Shown here: piece by piece, positions 60,945 through 64,000 of the stretch
Layout: each line of letters opens with the position of its first letter
How positions within the stretch are numbered: position 1 is the stretch's first letter
DNA from: Prevotella sp.
GTDB taxonomy: Bacteria; Bacteroidota; Bacteroidia; Bacteroidales; Dysgonomonadaceae
Direction of reading: 5' to 3'
Length of the DNA stretch: 64,000 nucleotides
Assembly: GCA_031285625.1 (NCBI GenBank)
Contig: JAITVV010000084.1
Coordinates: forward strand, 83,791-147,790
Program-made: the position numbers and the translations under genes
Notes under the pieces: model-generated
Databases searched by the model: none
What the model was told of the DNA's origin: nothing
The model's input: only the letters and a program-made list of their open reading frames with translations

Positions 60945-61685
60945 GCCAAAAGCAGGATGAGATTCCGTATAGAAATAAACCACATGCTTCGGATTGTACT
61001 CATTATTGTTTCTTCCAATCATATCAAAGTTGAGATAACCCTTAATAGAAGATGCGAATGAACAATTAAGCATAAAATATTCAGACCCTAACAATCCTAA
61101 TTCCTCACCATCCCAAAAGGCAAAAATAACAGAGCGCTCAGGTTTCTCCCCACTGGCAAGAAAAGCTTTTGCTATCTGTAAAACTGCAGATACACCGGAT
61201 GCATTGTCGTCTGCCCCATTGTATATTTTATCTTCGAATAATGCCTCATCCATACCCAGATGGTCGTAATGAGCTCCGATTATAACAAACTCATCTTTAT
61301 TTTTTCCTTCGATATAGCCAAGTACATTACGTAGCTCCAATTTTCTATGCGCAGCCAGTTGTTTATATTTAGAAATAGAGTCAGGGTGTACCGAGTAACG
61401 GACTCTCTTTTGTCTTTCTTTACTATACGCCTCAAAGTATTGAAAATAAGAATCCTTGTTTAGAGGTTTTATACCCAAATCCTGCAAAAGTGATTTTATA
61501 TATTCGCCTGCAACCTGCCCTCCATGCCTGCCAGCCTCCCTTCCTTGAAGGGCATCACTCGCCAGAAAGCCGACATAAGCTTCTGCACTTTCTTTATTTA
61601 TAGTTTTTAATCCTTTCTCTTTGGGAGATTGAGAAAATAAAGCTATAGAAATGAACAACAAAAAAGGGAATAGTAATCTTTTCAT
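60940..61685 (-). pseudogene. M28 family peptidase, C-terminally truncated
   Basis: GAHYDH, GADDNASG, GEELGLLGS, NFDMIG; ends at HPAFGD before the last metal-binding His and reads into phage DNA. Confidence 0.85.
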
Positions 61686-61687
61686 AA

Positions 61688-62104
61688 TTAATGTAATCCT
61701 AAAAACATATTAGCAATAATAATGGATAATACAATCAATGTTATTACCACATACATATAATCTTTTTCGATGAGAAAACCTACAACAGAAAATGCAACCC
61801 GAAGAATAGGAGTTGCTATTAATACACATACCCCTAACTGTATAATGGCAGCACCATCAAAAGCCAAGACTCTTGGTATTATAGTGGATAATTCTCTCAA
61901 ATAATGGTCTACACCGGGAAAAGGCTGATCATCAGGAATAGGCTTGTAATGTTGGATTGATAATCCGTGATTTTGGAATAAGTAAACGGCACCGCCAAAT
62001 AAGGTAATACCACAAGCCAGTATAACACCATAACGCAGTAACTTTCCGATAAGAAGCTCCATATCCCTTTCTGCCCAAAATTCTTTAGAAAAAATATTCT
62101 TCAT
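61688..62104 (-). CDS. DUF1634-like membrane protein
   Basis: LLRYGV..., LIATPILRV; partner of TSUP gene. Confidence 0.85.
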   Translation of the reverse strand: MKNIFSKEFWAERDMELLIGKLLRYGVILACGITLFGGAVYLFQNHGLSIQHYKPIPDDQPFPGVDHYLRELSTIIPRVLAFDGAAIIQLGVCVLIATPILRVAFSVVGFLIEKDYMYVVITLIVLSIIIANMFLGLH

Positions 62105-62108
62105 CTTA

Positions 62109-62957
62109 TTATAGCTTACCTGTTATGCCATTATATATCATAGAAACAGCCAGAAAGAAAATAACAATGCTAAACAGCATCCGCAATTTTCTCACATTCG
62201 TTTTTGGTAAAATCTTAGAGCCAAAGAATGCACCCAACAATACCCCGACAACAATAGGCATAGCTAGTCCGGGATCGATATATCCACGCTGAAAATAAAC
62301 TACCGCACTAGCTGCAGCAGTTACTCCAACCATAAAATTACTTGTTGTAGTAGATACTTTAAAAGGTATTTTCATCGCTGTATCCATAGCTAATACCTTT
62401 AATGCTCCTGAGCCAATACCCAGCAAACCGGATAAGACTCCGGCAACAGTCATAAGTGAGTATCCTCCAACAACATTATGAACATTATATTTTTCTTCGC
62501 CCCCACCCTTAACAGGATACGAACCGTTAAGTTTTAGCCTTACCCCCAATTTGTCTCCCGGAGCAGAATAATCAATATTATCCTCCTTTTTGGTTATAGA
62601 ACGGATTGCAGAAAAAATTAAAACAATACCCAGTATAATTGCAATATACATCTTATCGAGGTACATAGCTACAATAGCTCCGATAACAGCACCTGTAGTT
62701 GTAGCTATTTCGAGAAACATCCCGATACGCACATTTGTTATCCCCTCTTTTATATACGCCGCCGCTGCGCCCGAAGAAGTAGCAATAGATGTTACCAACG
62801 CTGCGCCAACAGCATATCTTATATCTACACCAAAGCCCAAAGTGAGTAAGGGTATAACAATTACACCTCCCCCCAGCCCGGTGAGAGATCCGATAAGTCC
62901 TGCAAAACAGGCTCCAAAAAATAAGATAAGGGAAAATATCTCCAGACTCAAATCCAT
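62109..62957 (-). CDS. Sulfite exporter TauE/SafE (TSUP) family protein
   Basis: GSLTGLGGG and SGLLGIGSG repeats. Confidence 0.92.
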   Translation of the reverse strand: MDLSLEIFSLILFFGACFAGLIGSLTGLGGGVIVIPLLTLGFGVDIRYAVGAALVTSIATSSGAAAAYIKEGITNVRIGMFLEIATTTGAVIGAIVAMYLDKMYIAIILGIVLIFSAIRSITKKEDNIDYSAPGDKLGVRLKLNGSYPVKGGGEEKYNVHNVVGGYSLMTVAGVLSGLLGIGSGALKVLAMDTAMKIPFKVSTTTSNFMVGVTAAASAVVYFQRGYIDPGLAMPIVVGVLLGAFFGSKILPKTNVRKLRMLFSIVIFFLAVSMIYNGITGKL

Positions 62958-63160
62958 TCCTTTTTCTTTTTGAAGATGTAAAGATAACCTTTTTAGCCCC
63001 AATAAATATTATCTATATTAGGAAATCATTTATCTAACAAAAATTTTATTCGCTTTTGTTAAATTTGCTACAATATATTTTTCTTCAATCTTGTTTATAT
63101 TTATAATAAACTTTACTTTATAATTAATTGTTTACCATATAGTCACTAAAAACAAACAAA

Positions 63161-63697
63161 ATGAAAAAAATTGTTTTTGCTTTTTTATTCAGTTTAATTT
63201 CTATAGCTATGCTTGGACAAGGGTCATTATATGATTTTAAAGTAAAAGATATTGACGGGAAAGATTTTGATCTGTCAAGCCTTAAAGGGAAGAAGGTATT
63301 AGTTGTGAATGTTGCTTCTAAATGCGGTCTCACACCCCAATACGAAAAACTGCAACAACTATATGAAAAATATAAAGACAAGAATTTTGTCGTAATCGGA
63401 TTTCCAGCCAATAACTTCAATGGGCAAGAACCGGGAACAAACGAAGAAATAAAGTCATTTTGCGTTCTGAATTATGATGTAACATTTCCCATGATGAGCA
63501 AGATAGATGTAATAGGGCATAACAAAGCTCCTATTTACAAATGGCTTACCTTAAAGTCGGAAAACGGGAAGATGGATGCAGAAGTTCAGTGGAATTTTCA
63601 GAAATTTATGATTGACGAAAATGGTCATTTCGTTGATTTTGCAGCACCTCGCGAAGATCCGTTCTGTGACAAAATAGTAAAATGGATCGAAAATTAA
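63161..63697 (+). CDS. Glutathione peroxidase family protein
   Basis: NVASKCGLT, GFPANNF..QEP, WNFQKF. Confidence 0.95.
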   Translation: MKKIVFAFLFSLISIAMLGQGSLYDFKVKDIDGKDFDLSSLKGKKVLVVNVASKCGLTPQYEKLQQLYEKYKDKNFVVIGFPANNFNGQEPGTNEEIKSFCVLNYDVTFPMMSKIDVIGHNKAPIYKWLTLKSENGKMDAEVQWNFQKFMIDENGHFVDFAAPREDPFCDKIVKWIEN

Positions 63698-63735
63698 GTA
63701 ACTAAAAGTATTTATTGTCGCATTTTACTTCATTC

Positions 63736-63849
63736 TTGTCATTCTGACCGCAGGAAGAATCTCATCCCCTCTTTACATACGCTACGCTCCTGTGACCGTT
63801 GGTTGTCTTGATAAATGGGTCGGGATGCTTCCTATTGTCAGCATGACAA
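63736..63849. repeat. REP-like intergenic inverted-repeat doublet
   Basis: TTGTCATTCTGACCGCAGGAAGAATCTC...GGGATGCTTCCTATTGTCAGCATGACAA. Confidence 0.65.
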
Positions 63850-63926
63850 AGAGAATCAAAATCTTTTCACAATTATTTTCCTACAACTTTATCTATTATA
63901 AGTAACAATAAAAACTTATAACAGAT

Positions 63927-64000
63927 ATGGCAAAGTATACAGACAAGTTAGTTGAAAAGATTGTATCCCTTATAGAAGAAGACACCTTTAGTATTTCAGA
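63927..64000 (+). CDS. Partial HTH protein, terminase-small-subunit-like N-terminus
   Basis: MAKYTDKLVEKIVSLIEEDTFSIS...; cut by window edge. Confidence 0.4.
   Translation, partial: MAKYTDKLVEKIVSLIEEDTFSIS

Noticed and set aside
60945-61061. C-terminal part of ORF 60792-61061
   Set aside because: Read-through into the antisense strand of the host peptidase across the junction

Overview
Bacteroidales-type chromosome segment (Bacteroidetes TTTG/TAnnTTTG promoters, A-rich translation starts without Shine-Dalgarno; Dysgonomonas-like is a guess). Positions 1-28052 and 60940-64000 are housekeeping genes (P-type ATPase, pyrBI, galM, GH43, ispA, tatD, tRNA-Ser(GGA), gdhA, cysE, purL, ugd, TSUP transporter, glutathione peroxidase). 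Positions ~28053-60939 are a ~33 kb, very AT-rich siphovirus-like prophage whose large serine recombinase gene sits at a junction inside dprA. The right end has no attR: a phage gene is fused to a truncated host M28 peptidase, and terminase genes and the 3' half of dprA are absent. The most striking feature is the prophage's regulation. An octamer TATCAATA lies 14-20 nt (once 33 nt) upstream of 16 structural/lysis start codons, including a hidden in-frame scaffold start inside the protease gene. It is often part of a repeated terminator-plus-promoter cassette, and the gene order is scrambled; a phage sigma-like protein is the candidate reader. The early region holds structured RNAs (kissing loops, a pseudoknot hiding a uORF start, a loop complementary to a downstream start codon). 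There is also a -1 frameshift in the tail chaperone, apparent GATC avoidance and several frameshift lesions. All family assignments come from motif recognition by eye, not database searches.
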